Of a stretch of 64,000 nucleotides of DNA, positions 16,901 through 26,400 are shown in pieces (within the stretch, counting starts at the first letter, position 1; every line of letters starts with the position of its first letter). The notes beneath the pieces are model-generated. The model was not told the origin of the DNA, did not search any database, and saw nothing but the letters and a program-made list of their open reading frames with translations. Origin of the DNA: Saprospiraceae bacterium (GTDB taxonomy: Bacteria > Bacteroidota > Bacteroidia > Chitinophagales > Saprospiraceae); the NCBI GenBank assembly GCA_044228225.1, contig JBGAVH010000021.1:1737-65736 (forward strand). The letters are read 5' to 3'. The translations under genes were made by a program, and so were the position numbers.

Positions 16901-17233
16901 ATGCCATTAACTTCACATTATCGCATATTACTTTCCGCATTATTATGCATTCTAGCATGTTCGAGCTTACAAAAATGGCAACCTCTTGACACTGACTTAG
17001 TGAACGTACAACATCATCATCCAGACATTAAAATTCAAGATCTAAAAACTGGATATAAGCTTTATATAGAAAAGTGTTCCGGATGCCACGCTCTTCATCA
17101 TCCTTCAGAATATTCAATAACTCAATGGGATAGTATTCTACCTGAAATGTTTAGTCAGGCAAAAATAAATAATCCCAATGAAAAATTATTCATCAAACAA
17201 TATTTATATTCAAAAACTAAATCTCAAAATTAA
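16901..17233 (+). CDS. Small secreted/lipoprotein c-type cytochrome-like protein
   Basis: The 110-aa protein has a signal or lipobox-like N-terminus (LLCILACSS) and a single CxxCH heme-binding motif (CSGCH). Confidence 0.55.
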   Translation: MPLTSHYRILLSALLCILACSSLQKWQPLDTDLVNVQHHHPDIKIQDLKTGYKLYIEKCSGCHALHHPSEYSITQWDSILPEMFSQAKINNPNEKLFIKQYLYSKTKSQN

Positions 17234-17444
17234 GTTTGTTTTTGTCTAAATGTTTCTAAAATGGATTTAAAATTACTCTTTAACTTATAACCATACTTGA
17301 TAATATCAGATTATTTTAATCTTAAATAAACTAGTACCAAATAAGGATTATTCCTTATTCATACTCAATTAAAACACTACTCGTTTTTTTTCCAAACTTT
17401 GTATTAACTTAGTTGCCTAATCAGTAGATTTAAAATATATACTT

Positions 17445-17996
17445 ATGGATAAAGACATAGAATTACTTCTCGATGCAGAAGCCGTTCAACTCAAAAAATT
17501 ACAAGAAATTGTAAAAAAAACGATTGCCGAAGAAAGTTTGATTATCAATAATCTTCTGAATCAACCTCAGGAAATTTTAACCAGAGGCCAATCCATTTCT
17601 GACAAAGTAGCTACATTTGGTGGCAGTTGGAAATTCATTATTACTTTTGGATTTATCTTATTAGTATGGATCACATTCAATTCCATCGCACTGATTAATC
17701 AGCGGTTCGACCCTTATCCATTTATCCTTTTGAATTTAATTTCATCTACCATCGCAGCACTTCAAGCACCCATTATCATGATGAGTCAAAACAGACAAGA
17801 AGAAAAAGATCGCAAAAGAAGTGAAAACGATTATTTGATTAATCTTAAATCAGAACTCGAAGTAAGAAGCTTACATAAAAAAATTGATCTACTGCTCGAA
17901 GAACAAATCAAAATACTGTTTGATAGCCAAGCTAAACAATTAGAAATACTCCTTGGCATTGAAAAAAAAATATCAGAATTAAAACAAGAACATTGA
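17445..17996 (+). CDS. DUF1003-family membrane protein
   Basis: Two TM helices flank the characteristic DPYPFILLNL...QAPIIMMSQNRQ motif. Confidence 0.7.
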   Translation: MDKDIELLLDAEAVQLKKLQEIVKKTIAEESLIINNLLNQPQEILTRGQSISDKVATFGGSWKFIITFGFILLVWITFNSIALINQRFDPYPFILLNLISSTIAALQAPIIMMSQNRQEEKDRKRSENDYLINLKSELEVRSLHKKIDLLLEEQIKILFDSQAKQLEILLGIEKKISELKQEH

Positions 17997-18152
17997 AAAA
18001 TACAGCTATAACTTTTGAAACATATAGCTCTAATAGCTTCATCAAAACATTCCAAGCAGAACTTAATTGTTAAAGTTTAAGGATCGTTGAACCATTAGCA
18101 TGAATATTTATTAGATCTCATAGTTTTCTTTTCCAAATGAATTGCCTAACCA

Positions 18153-19358
18153 ATGATTAAATATTTTACACTCTGTTTCTTCCTGACGATATCATTTTCT
18201 TTTGCCCAATCGTGGACCAAGTTAAATGACCTCCCAGATTCGATTTTGGGTAGAGATCATCCATTTACTTTTGCATTAAATGGTAATGGTTTCATGGGCG
18301 CAGGCAGTACGATAGACGGCTTGAAAAGTGATTTTTATAAATATGATCCATTGACTGATCAATGGACTGAACTGGATAGTTTTCCTGGAGGTCCTCGTGG
18401 ATATTCTTATGGTTTTAATTATAAGGGGTACGGGTATGCCGGGTTTGGAATATCAACTACTGCCTATTTAAAAGATCTTTGGCGCTTTGATCCAAGCACT
18501 GAAACCTGGACGGAATTAGCCAGTTGCCCTTGTGAAGGAAGGGGCCATCCTGCATTTTTAGCAGCAGATGATAAAATATTTGTTGGCCTTGGATCTTCCA
18601 GATTAGGAAATTTAAAAGATTGGTGGGAGTATGATATTAAAACTAATCAGTGGCAACAAAGAGATAGTTTTCCCGGAGTCAAAAGACACCATCCCTATTA
18701 TTTTGAAGTGAACGAAAAAGCATACGTTGGATTTGGTCATGGAGAGGGCATTTTTAAAGATCTATATGAATATGACCCCAAGTCCAACAAATGGACTCAA
18801 ATGAATAATCTACCAGCACAAGGCCGTGTGGCAGGAACCCAATTTAGCTATCAAAACAAAGGTTATATATTAAGTGGTCAAGGTGAAGATCATGATTACT
18901 TAGGCGAGGGTGAATTCTGGGAATTCAATCCATTGACCAATGATTGGAAACAACTTACATCCCATCCTGGACAAGGCAGATGGGCTCCGGGTTCATTTGT
19001 TATAGGAAACAAAGTTTATTTTATTACAGGAGAATTAAAAACGTATATGAATGATGTTATGAGCTATGAATTGAACCCTATAGTAAATACAAAAGATGTA
19101 ACATTAAATACTGACATCCCTTTTGAAATATCACCAAATCCTGCACATCAATTATTGAAAATAGTAGCCAAAGTTGGCTATGATTTAGTGGGAACATTCG
19201 AGATAAAAAACAATCTGGGACAAACCGTCATTTCAACAAACTCAAAAGAATTAAACCACATTAATTTTGATCTAACTTCTTTCTCAACAGGAACCTATTA
19301 TCTGCATTTCAAAAACCAAATAGAACGATTTACAAGGCGTTTTTTGGTTGTAAAATAA
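18153..19358 (+). CDS. Kelch-repeat protein with T9SS C-terminal sorting domain
   Basis: The protein has a signal peptide and repeated W-containing Kelch blades (DxWxxL, YxFDPxTxxWT). Its C-terminus is ISPNPAHQLLKI...YYLHF. Confidence 0.8.
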   Translation: MIKYFTLCFFLTISFSFAQSWTKLNDLPDSILGRDHPFTFALNGNGFMGAGSTIDGLKSDFYKYDPLTDQWTELDSFPGGPRGYSYGFNYKGYGYAGFGISTTAYLKDLWRFDPSTETWTELASCPCEGRGHPAFLAADDKIFVGLGSSRLGNLKDWWEYDIKTNQWQQRDSFPGVKRHHPYYFEVNEKAYVGFGHGEGIFKDLYEYDPKSNKWTQMNNLPAQGRVAGTQFSYQNKGYILSGQGEDHDYLGEGEFWEFNPLTNDWKQLTSHPGQGRWAPGSFVIGNKVYFITGELKTYMNDVMSYELNPIVNTKDVTLNTDIPFEISPNPAHQLLKIVAKVGYDLVGTFEIKNNLGQTVISTNSKELNHINFDLTSFSTGTYYLHFKNQIERFTRRFLVVK

Positions 19359-19362
19359 TAAA

Positions 19363-19390
19363 CCTATTTTTTGAGTCATCAAAAAATAGG
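19363..19390. terminator. Perfect 12-bp inverted repeat between convergent genes (candidate bidirectional terminator)
   Basis: CCTATTTTTTGA-gtca-TCAAAAAATAGG lies between the Kelch gene stop (19358) and the YceI-like gene stop (19434). Confidence 0.5.
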
Positions 19391-19433
19391 CTTACTGTGA
19401 AATCTAATAGATTATGAATTGAAAGTAAGCGAA

Positions 19434-19985
19434 TTACTTCATTTTTTGGTAATCCGAATTTATAGTGATGTCAATTTTGTTAGAAAGTTTGTCTTTAACT
19501 AATGCAGGTATTGTGATATTGTAATCTGAACAGAGTATTGAGAATTTTGAGACGGCATGAATTCCTTTTTCATCAATTTTTAATTCTGCAGGAAAGCTTA
19601 CTTGCTTGGTAACTCCATGTACCGTCATATCTCCTTTTACATTTATTTTATAGGTCCCATTGGTGTTGTATTTAACAGCATCATTATTTTCTATAGAACC
19701 TTTGAACGTAGCTTTTGGATATTTAGTGGACTCCATATAATTCTCATTAAAGTGTTCTTGCATTAAAGACTTATCAAATTGGAATGCATTAATCAATACT
19801 GCGAATTCTAATTTACCGGACGAAGCATCGATAACTGTGGATGATTTTGAATTGGTACCTTCTATTTTTTCCATTTTAGAATCAGAATGAAACTTAACCG
19901 TTGCCGTCTTTGAAAAATATTTTTCCTGAGCAAATAGAGAACCGATTCCTAAAGTGAAAAAGATAAATACAACTAATTTTTTCAT
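19434..19985 (-). CDS. YceI-like periplasmic/lipid-binding protein
   Basis: A signal peptide MKKLVVFIFFTLGIGSLFAQ starts at the internal ATG 19985, so the listed start at 20111 looks over-extended. The pattern is YceI-like (TVKFHSDS...IEGT...GKLEFAV). Confidence 0.7.
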   Translation of the reverse strand: MKKLVVFIFFTLGIGSLFAQEKYFSKTATVKFHSDSKMEKIEGTNSKSSTVIDASSGKLEFAVLINAFQFDKSLMQEHFNENYMESTKYPKATFKGSIENNDAVKYNTNGTYKINVKGDMTVHGVTKQVSFPAELKIDEKGIHAVSKFSILCSDYNITIPALVKDKLSNKIDITINSDYQKMK

Positions 19986-20141
19986 AATATTTTTTTTGTT
20001 TTTTTTAATAGACCTTTCAGCAAATAAAGGGTTTAATTCGACTTTAACCAAATTAAAGCATTCGTTTACACTCAACGCTATAAAAACCCTTTCAATTACC
20101 CCATCGTTCAATAAATAGACATAAATAGTTCAAATTATATG

Positions 20142-20708
20142 TTAAAGTTTAACGATCCGATCCGGATGAGCCGCCATGAATCCGGACCAAGATTTAGGAT
20201 CACCTTTTGCCCCTTTTGTGGGCAGTTTATTCTGTGTGGTATAGCAAAACGCTGCTCCCAAGGCGTCAGAAGCATCCAGATATTTAGAATCTATTTTATA
20301 ATTTAAAATTCGCATCAACATATCAGCAACTTGCTCTTTCGATGAATTCCCATTGCCTGTAACGGCTTTTTTTATCTTTTTAGCTGAGAACTCATGAATT
20401 TCTACCCCCATGATCATACCGGCAGCCATTGCTACCCCTTGTGCCCGACCCAATTTCAACATGGATTGAGCATTTTTACCATAAAACGGCATCTCTATGG
20501 ACATAATTCCTGTATGGTAAGTTTCTATGATTTCCTGAATTTGCAAAAAGATTTCTTTCAGTTTGGTTTGGTGATCCTCATGGCTATTAAGATGTATTAC
20601 ATTACAATCCAGTACTTTAGATTGGTTGTTATGAAATTCTAAGATTCCGAAACCCAAAATATTTGTACCCGGATCTATACCAAGTATTCGATCTTTGCGT
20701 AAATTCAT
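20142..20708 (-). CDS. ruvC: Crossover junction endodeoxyribonuclease RuvC
   Basis: The N-terminal ILGIDPGTNILGFGILE segment, the protein length and the overall pattern are typical of RuvC. Confidence 0.9.
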   Translation of the reverse strand: MNLRKDRILGIDPGTNILGFGILEFHNNQSKVLDCNVIHLNSHEDHQTKLKEIFLQIQEIIETYHTGIMSIEMPFYGKNAQSMLKLGRAQGVAMAAGMIMGVEIHEFSAKKIKKAVTGNGNSSKEQVADMLMRILNYKIDSKYLDASDALGAAFCYTTQNKLPTKGAKGDPKSWSGFMAAHPDRIVKL

Positions 20709-20769
20709 TAGACTTTAACAAAACAATAAGGGCATATGTTGGATGGATGGATTTACTTTTTAAAATAAA

Positions 20770-21750
20770 ATGAGTTTAAGTAATATGTTAAATTGGATCC
20801 TGGACAGAAAATTCAAATTGTTGGCACTAGCAAGTGCTATTTGTCTGCTTTGGATGGGTTCAAATGCGTTCCAGTTTCTTTCAGAACTAAACTTTAATGA
20901 TGCTCAAAATGGATGGACCCTGGTTTTAATTTTAGTTTTAATGCCCATTAATTGGGGTTTAGAAACGCTAAAAATCTATAATAGGGCGAAATTGGATTTA
21001 AATTTTGTGGATTGTTATAAGACGGTACTAAAAGGTGTTGCCTTATCCTTCTTTACACCTCTTGGCCTTGGTCAATATTTAGGTAGATTGGGTCAACAAA
21101 CGGAAACAAATGCCTTACGTTTAATTCCATTGAGCTTGATGGGATCATTGATTCAAACCATTACGAATGTGAGTTTTGGAATTCTAATGGGGTATCCCAT
21201 CTATTCTTTACTCTATTCAAATCTACTTCAAAACAATACTACATCTATTTATCTTACAGTATTCTTTAGTGTTATTACCTTATTGGGGATCATCTATTTC
21301 CTATCCAAAAAAGAATCTAAGTTTAAAACCATAGTCGGATCTTATTTTCCGGATATTCATACCACCATTATTTCTACTCAAGACATCGTATCTATTTCTG
21401 TGTACTCGATATTACGATATGGTGTTTTTATTATTCAGTTTGCCCTGTTAATCAGGATTCATACCGATGTCAACTGGAGTGAAATTATCTCAGCTGTAAG
21501 CCTGATTTACCTGATCCAAAGTTTAATCATACTCCCTGTATCCTTAAACGGATTGATTCGAGGTGGATTGGCAGTTTTTGTACTCAATCAATGGATGAGT
21601 TCAAATTTGGCCTTAGGAATATCATGGACACTTTTTTGGATAAATATTGGTTTACCTGCAATTTTTGGGATCGTAATATTGTTTATTGAATCAAATGATA
21701 AAACGCGAACAGATTTAAATAGGGTTGAATGGTATCAAAAAATAAAATAA
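20770..21750 (+). CDS. Polytopic membrane protein (UPF0104 / flippase-like TM region?)
   Basis: The 326-aa protein has about 8 hydrophobic segments. The family assignment is tentative. Confidence 0.5.
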   Translation: MSLSNMLNWILDRKFKLLALASAICLLWMGSNAFQFLSELNFNDAQNGWTLVLILVLMPINWGLETLKIYNRAKLDLNFVDCYKTVLKGVALSFFTPLGLGQYLGRLGQQTETNALRLIPLSLMGSLIQTITNVSFGILMGYPIYSLLYSNLLQNNTTSIYLTVFFSVITLLGIIYFLSKKESKFKTIVGSYFPDIHTTIISTQDIVSISVYSILRYGVFIIQFALLIRIHTDVNWSEIISAVSLIYLIQSLIILPVSLNGLIRGGLAVFVLNQWMSSNLALGISWTLFWINIGLPAIFGIVILFIESNDKTRTDLNRVEWYQKIK

Positions 21751-21758
21751 GCTACATT

Positions 21759-22559
21759 ATGAAGTCAATTAATAAAAGAATATTCTATTTCTGCATTTTT
21801 ATTTTCTTATATCAAGAACATACTAACGCTAAAGAAGCGCCATTTAATAGTGGAGAAAAAATAACTTACAAATTGTATTACAACTGGAATTTTGTGTGGT
21901 TATCAGCCGGAGAAGTAGCCTTTGAAGTTAAAGATGAAGGGGATGTTTACCATATTGAGGTTACCGGAAAAACATACTCTTCCTACGAATGGTTTTATAA
22001 GGTTCGGGATAAATACCATTCCTATATTGACAAAAAAACGCTATTGCCTAAACTTTATATCCGTGATATTCATCAAGGATCCTATGTACATTATGAAAAA
22101 GTGGTCTTCGATTATCCCAACAATAAAATGATATCATCCATAGGTAAATCCATGTCACAAACTACAACCAAAGAAATACCACTGACAACAGATGTTTATG
22201 ATCTGGTCTCTTCGATGTACTTCTTGCGCCAAACCAATTTAGACATTTTAAAAATAAATAAAACTGTAAATTTCAATATGATACTCGACAATGAAATTTA
22301 TAATTTAGGCATGAGTTATCTTAAAGAAGAACCCAAATGTTCAGTTAAAGAAAATGGAAAATACAATGCATTATTATGTAATGCGGAAGTGATATCAGGA
22401 AGTGTATTCAAGGATGGTGCTAAAATGAAAATCAATATTGGCTATGATGAAAACAAACTTCCCCTCATCATAGAATCACCATTAACGGTAGGCTCGGTTA
22501 AGGCATTATTAATGAGTTACGAAAATTTAAAATTTCCATTGAATTCAAAACACAAATAA
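21759..22559 (+). CDS. DUF3108-like secreted protein
   Basis: A signal peptide starts at ATG 21759, right after the upstream stop. The segment GEKITYKLYYNWNFVWLSAGEVAFEV is DUF3108-like. Confidence 0.6.
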   Translation: MKSINKRIFYFCIFIFLYQEHTNAKEAPFNSGEKITYKLYYNWNFVWLSAGEVAFEVKDEGDVYHIEVTGKTYSSYEWFYKVRDKYHSYIDKKTLLPKLYIRDIHQGSYVHYEKVVFDYPNNKMISSIGKSMSQTTTKEIPLTTDVYDLVSSMYFLRQTNLDILKINKTVNFNMILDNEIYNLGMSYLKEEPKCSVKENGKYNALLCNAEVISGSVFKDGAKMKINIGYDENKLPLIIESPLTVGSVKALLMSYENLKFPLNSKHK

Positions 22560-22629
22560 AACCTGAATCAAAAACCAAAATATTTAATACTAAATGATCA
22601 TTTCATATTTCAACTACCAATGATTTAAC

Positions 22630-23229
22630 ATGCGTTTACTTTCTATATTAATGGCTTGTCTTGTTTGTTTTGGGATCGGATTCTATGCAGGATCCGGTTA
22701 TGAAAAGAAAACCAATCATACCAATACTACATCTTCTGTAATGCTTGAGCGAATTAAAGATGTATTTAAAATAGTCAATATTGAAGCTCAATTCAATGAA
22801 TTATACAGTCACAAGGATTATACTTGGTTTGATGTGAGCCCATTTAGAAAAACGGCCATCATTCGAATTCAAGCCAATGTTCTTGCAGGGATTAATGCCG
22901 ATACCAGCAAAATGATTATCGACGAAAAAACCAAAACCATTAAATTAACAATTAATCTCACACCCCAAATCCTAGCCATTGATCATAAATTAGATTATTA
23001 CGATCTGCAACAGGGCACTTTTAATTATTTCTCACCTAATGAAATGACTGAACTGCAAGAAAAAGCCAAAGAGCAAATACTTCAAAAAGCCTTAACCTCC
23101 GATTTACTTCAACGCACTTCAAAACGAATGAATGAAATGCTTGGTATGCTCCAACAACTAGCCATACATTCTGGTTGGAATTTAGAAATTAAAGATGAGC
23201 AAGGAAAGCAGATTCCATTTAAAAATTAA
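22630..23229 (+). CDS. DUF4230-like membrane-anchored protein
   Basis: The 199-aa protein has an N-terminal TM anchor. The family call is tentative. Confidence 0.5.
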   Translation: MRLLSILMACLVCFGIGFYAGSGYEKKTNHTNTTSSVMLERIKDVFKIVNIEAQFNELYSHKDYTWFDVSPFRKTAIIRIQANVLAGINADTSKMIIDEKTKTIKLTINLTPQILAIDHKLDYYDLQQGTFNYFSPNEMTELQEKAKEQILQKALTSDLLQRTSKRMNEMLGMLQQLAIHSGWNLEIKDEQGKQIPFKN

Positions 23230-23246
23230 AAGACTTCACAATTCAT

Positions 23247-23427
23247 GGTTAATGAATAATGGTTAATGATTAATGATTAATGGTTAGTGGTTAATCGTAA
23301 TTGATATTCGCTTTCCGAAATTCGTAATTGACAATTCGTAATTTATTTTCCCATTCCTGTAATTCGTAATTGATCATTCGGAATTGATATATCCGTTCCC
23401 GTAATTCGTAATTGACAATTCGTAATT
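23247..23427. repeat. Composite short-word repeat: (GGTTAAT/GATTAAT)x7 followed by CGTAATT-word cluster
   Basis: Heptamer units occupy 23247-23295. CGTAATT/GTAATTG words then run to 23427, including the exact 23-mer TTCGTAATTGACAATTCGTAATT at 23321 and 23405. The block ends 2 nt before the stop codon of the 1962-aa gene. Confidence 0.85.
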
Positions 23428-23429
23428 GT

Positions 23430-26400
23430 TTACCTCATCACCGTCACATCACCCTTCTCCATTATAACACTTCCATCGCGTAGTAGTAACTCCGCATGCC
23501 AAACATAGACGCCAGGCATTACATCTTGGTCTTTGTATTTACCATCCCATCCTTGCTGCAATTCATTGGGCGGGAAATTCTGTTTTTGCCATATACGTTC
23601 ACCCCATCGGTCGTAGATGGATAGGGTTTTGATCGTTGCAGATGCGCCGTATACGTAAATTGTAAAATAGGAATTCAGACCTCCAGGATGAATGATATTT
23701 GGATAATATATAGAAACATCTTTGTTGATGGACAGGAGCAATAAGTGTATGGAATCGCAACCATTTTGGGTTTGATAAACTTCTTGGTAGGTTCCTGATG
23801 AGGGATATGTTTTTTGGTTGACTGGCCAAGTGTAAGCATCAGTGGTAGATACTGTGTCTGTATGTTTGAATTCAGGGTTAACGAGAAGATTTAATTTGAT
23901 GATAGAATCGCAACCATGATTAGTTTTTAGTGGATAAATATAATCTCCGGATTGGGTATATAATACTTTATTGACTGGCCACAAATATTCATTGCAAACT
24001 TCTTCTTTTTCTTTGATTTCATAATTCTTATAAATGGTTAAATCCAATTGATAGATGGAATCACAAGATGAACGGTTGGTATATTTTGCGATATAAATTC
24101 CAGAACTATCATACGCGGTACCATTGACATTCCATTGATAAGATCCGCATGATGATACATTAGATTTAAAGTGTTGCGAATTGACATTCAGATTCAGATT
24201 AATCACAGAATCACAGCCTTGAGTGTTTTGTAATGTGAATGTATAATTTCCGTTTGTATTCAATGTTTTATTTAGGAAAGTGATGCTATCACAAATGGTG
24301 ATGGATGTATCTTTTAGACTTGATGGAATAATGTTTAATTCCAGGGTTACCATACTATCACATCCAGTACTATTTATCGTTTGATAATTATATAATCCTG
24401 ATTGGGTGTAGGTTTTACCATTCCAGGTATAAGAATTACATGCAGTTTGTTGGATACGAATTTGATTCGATGGATTAACGATTAAATTCAATATAGCAAT
24501 ACTATCACAACCGGATGCATTCAATGTTGTGTATTGATATGTACCACTTTTTTTATAAACTATATTATTCCACATTAGACTGTCACATGTAGTCCTATTT
24601 GTCGTTGAATTCGTTGATTTTTTGATGGTTAGTTGCAGTGTTTCGATACTGTCACAACCATTAACATTCCGAATAGTGAATTTATAGATTCCACTTTGTG
24701 TGTAAGTATTACCATTCCAAAAATAACTGTCACAACTGGTTTGTTTTGTAATTGCTTGATTTGATTTAGAGATCGTAAGTTGTAGTGTCGTTATACTATC
24801 ACAACCTTTAACACTTTGTGTTGTATCAGTATAGATTCCTGATTGAGTGTAGGTTACTCCATTCCATCTCAAGGAGTCGCAAGCAGTCTGTAATTGGGTA
24901 ATTTTAATCTCTTTAATAATAGTCAACCATAAGTTAATCATACTATCACATCCAAATCGATTTAACGTATCAAACTTCCAATATCCACTCATATTATAAT
25001 AAAATCTACCCCAATAATAATCATTACAGGATTCAACTATTAAGTCCGTTGTATCAATCTTATAGATGAAAAGGTCTAAAGTTATGGTACTATCACAACC
25101 TGAATTATTTTTTGTATGAAATGCATACGATCCTGAATTATAATAGGTCTGTCCATTCCAGTAATAAGAATAACATGCCGTATCTTGGATTTTTAAAGAA
25201 TTGGATCTATTGATGATCAGATTTAAACTTATTATACTGTCGCAGCCGAATTGATTTAAGGTATCAAATTCGTAGATCCCACTTTGGGTAAGTAATTTAT
25301 TATTCCATTGATAATCATCACAGGCTTGTATTGATTGTTTGGTATAAATAGTATCTACTGTACTTAGATTTAAGAAATATATTAAACTATCACAACCATT
25401 TATATTACTTTGTTTACGATAATAGATGCCAGGATCTTGAATGATAGTATCGAAGAAATGAAATGATGCTCCTTTGCAAATCTTAGCTTGAATACTATCC
25501 AGTTTTGGCAATTCCAAGGTACGAGAGATATTATCTGTATAATCACATTCAACCTGTGTAAAATCTTTATCTTCGAATGCCCCGGATCCATTTCTATTCG
25601 TATTCACTACCATAAACAGATCCTTAAGATTAGAAGTCGAGAATCGGTATTCCAAATTCAGTAGACTATCACCTGCAAGGATTGTTTTCAAAGTATAATA
25701 GATCCCTATCAATGTTCCTGAGCTCGTAGGATCTCCATTGTAGAAACTTACCGCTAAGTTAGAGTCTGCCACAATAGTAGCGTCCTTACGGTTGTATAGG
25801 TCAAATACTACTATGTATTCATTGGTTAGTGGATCGAAATTGATACATTTAATGTTGCAAGTAAGACTAGCTGCAGGTTTTTTTAACATTCCATTACTAT
25901 CGAGCAATGATTCTTGTACAAAAAAATTATTGTATTTACCATTCTTAAATGTTGCATTGTTTTTTTGTATACGTGGTACTGTAAGATCGTCATTAATATT
26001 CAGGACATGATAATTGTATTGATTCCATACACCCCGGGCAGGAGTCCATCCTGTAAGGCTGTCCGGAGGACCGAAAATTGTAAGTTTGCCTCGGGTAACA
26101 TCAAGATTGGAACCACATGGCACACAAATTTTCGCATGACCTGTATGATCTAAATCTCCAATTATCGGATATTCTAAACTCGTATTTGAAGAACAGTTAT
26201 ACTTTGTAATTTCCACAGGAGGAATGACAGAACCATTGAAGATTCTGAGAAATGTATCATCACGATATACTATTTCCTGAATTCCGTCATTATTGAAGTC
26301 AAACATTGTTGAAATTGCTGGACTTTCAAGATCAGTTACGTTCATTGACCAATCTAACTTGAAAGTTGTTGTTCCATTATAAGAATAAGAATTCAAAATG

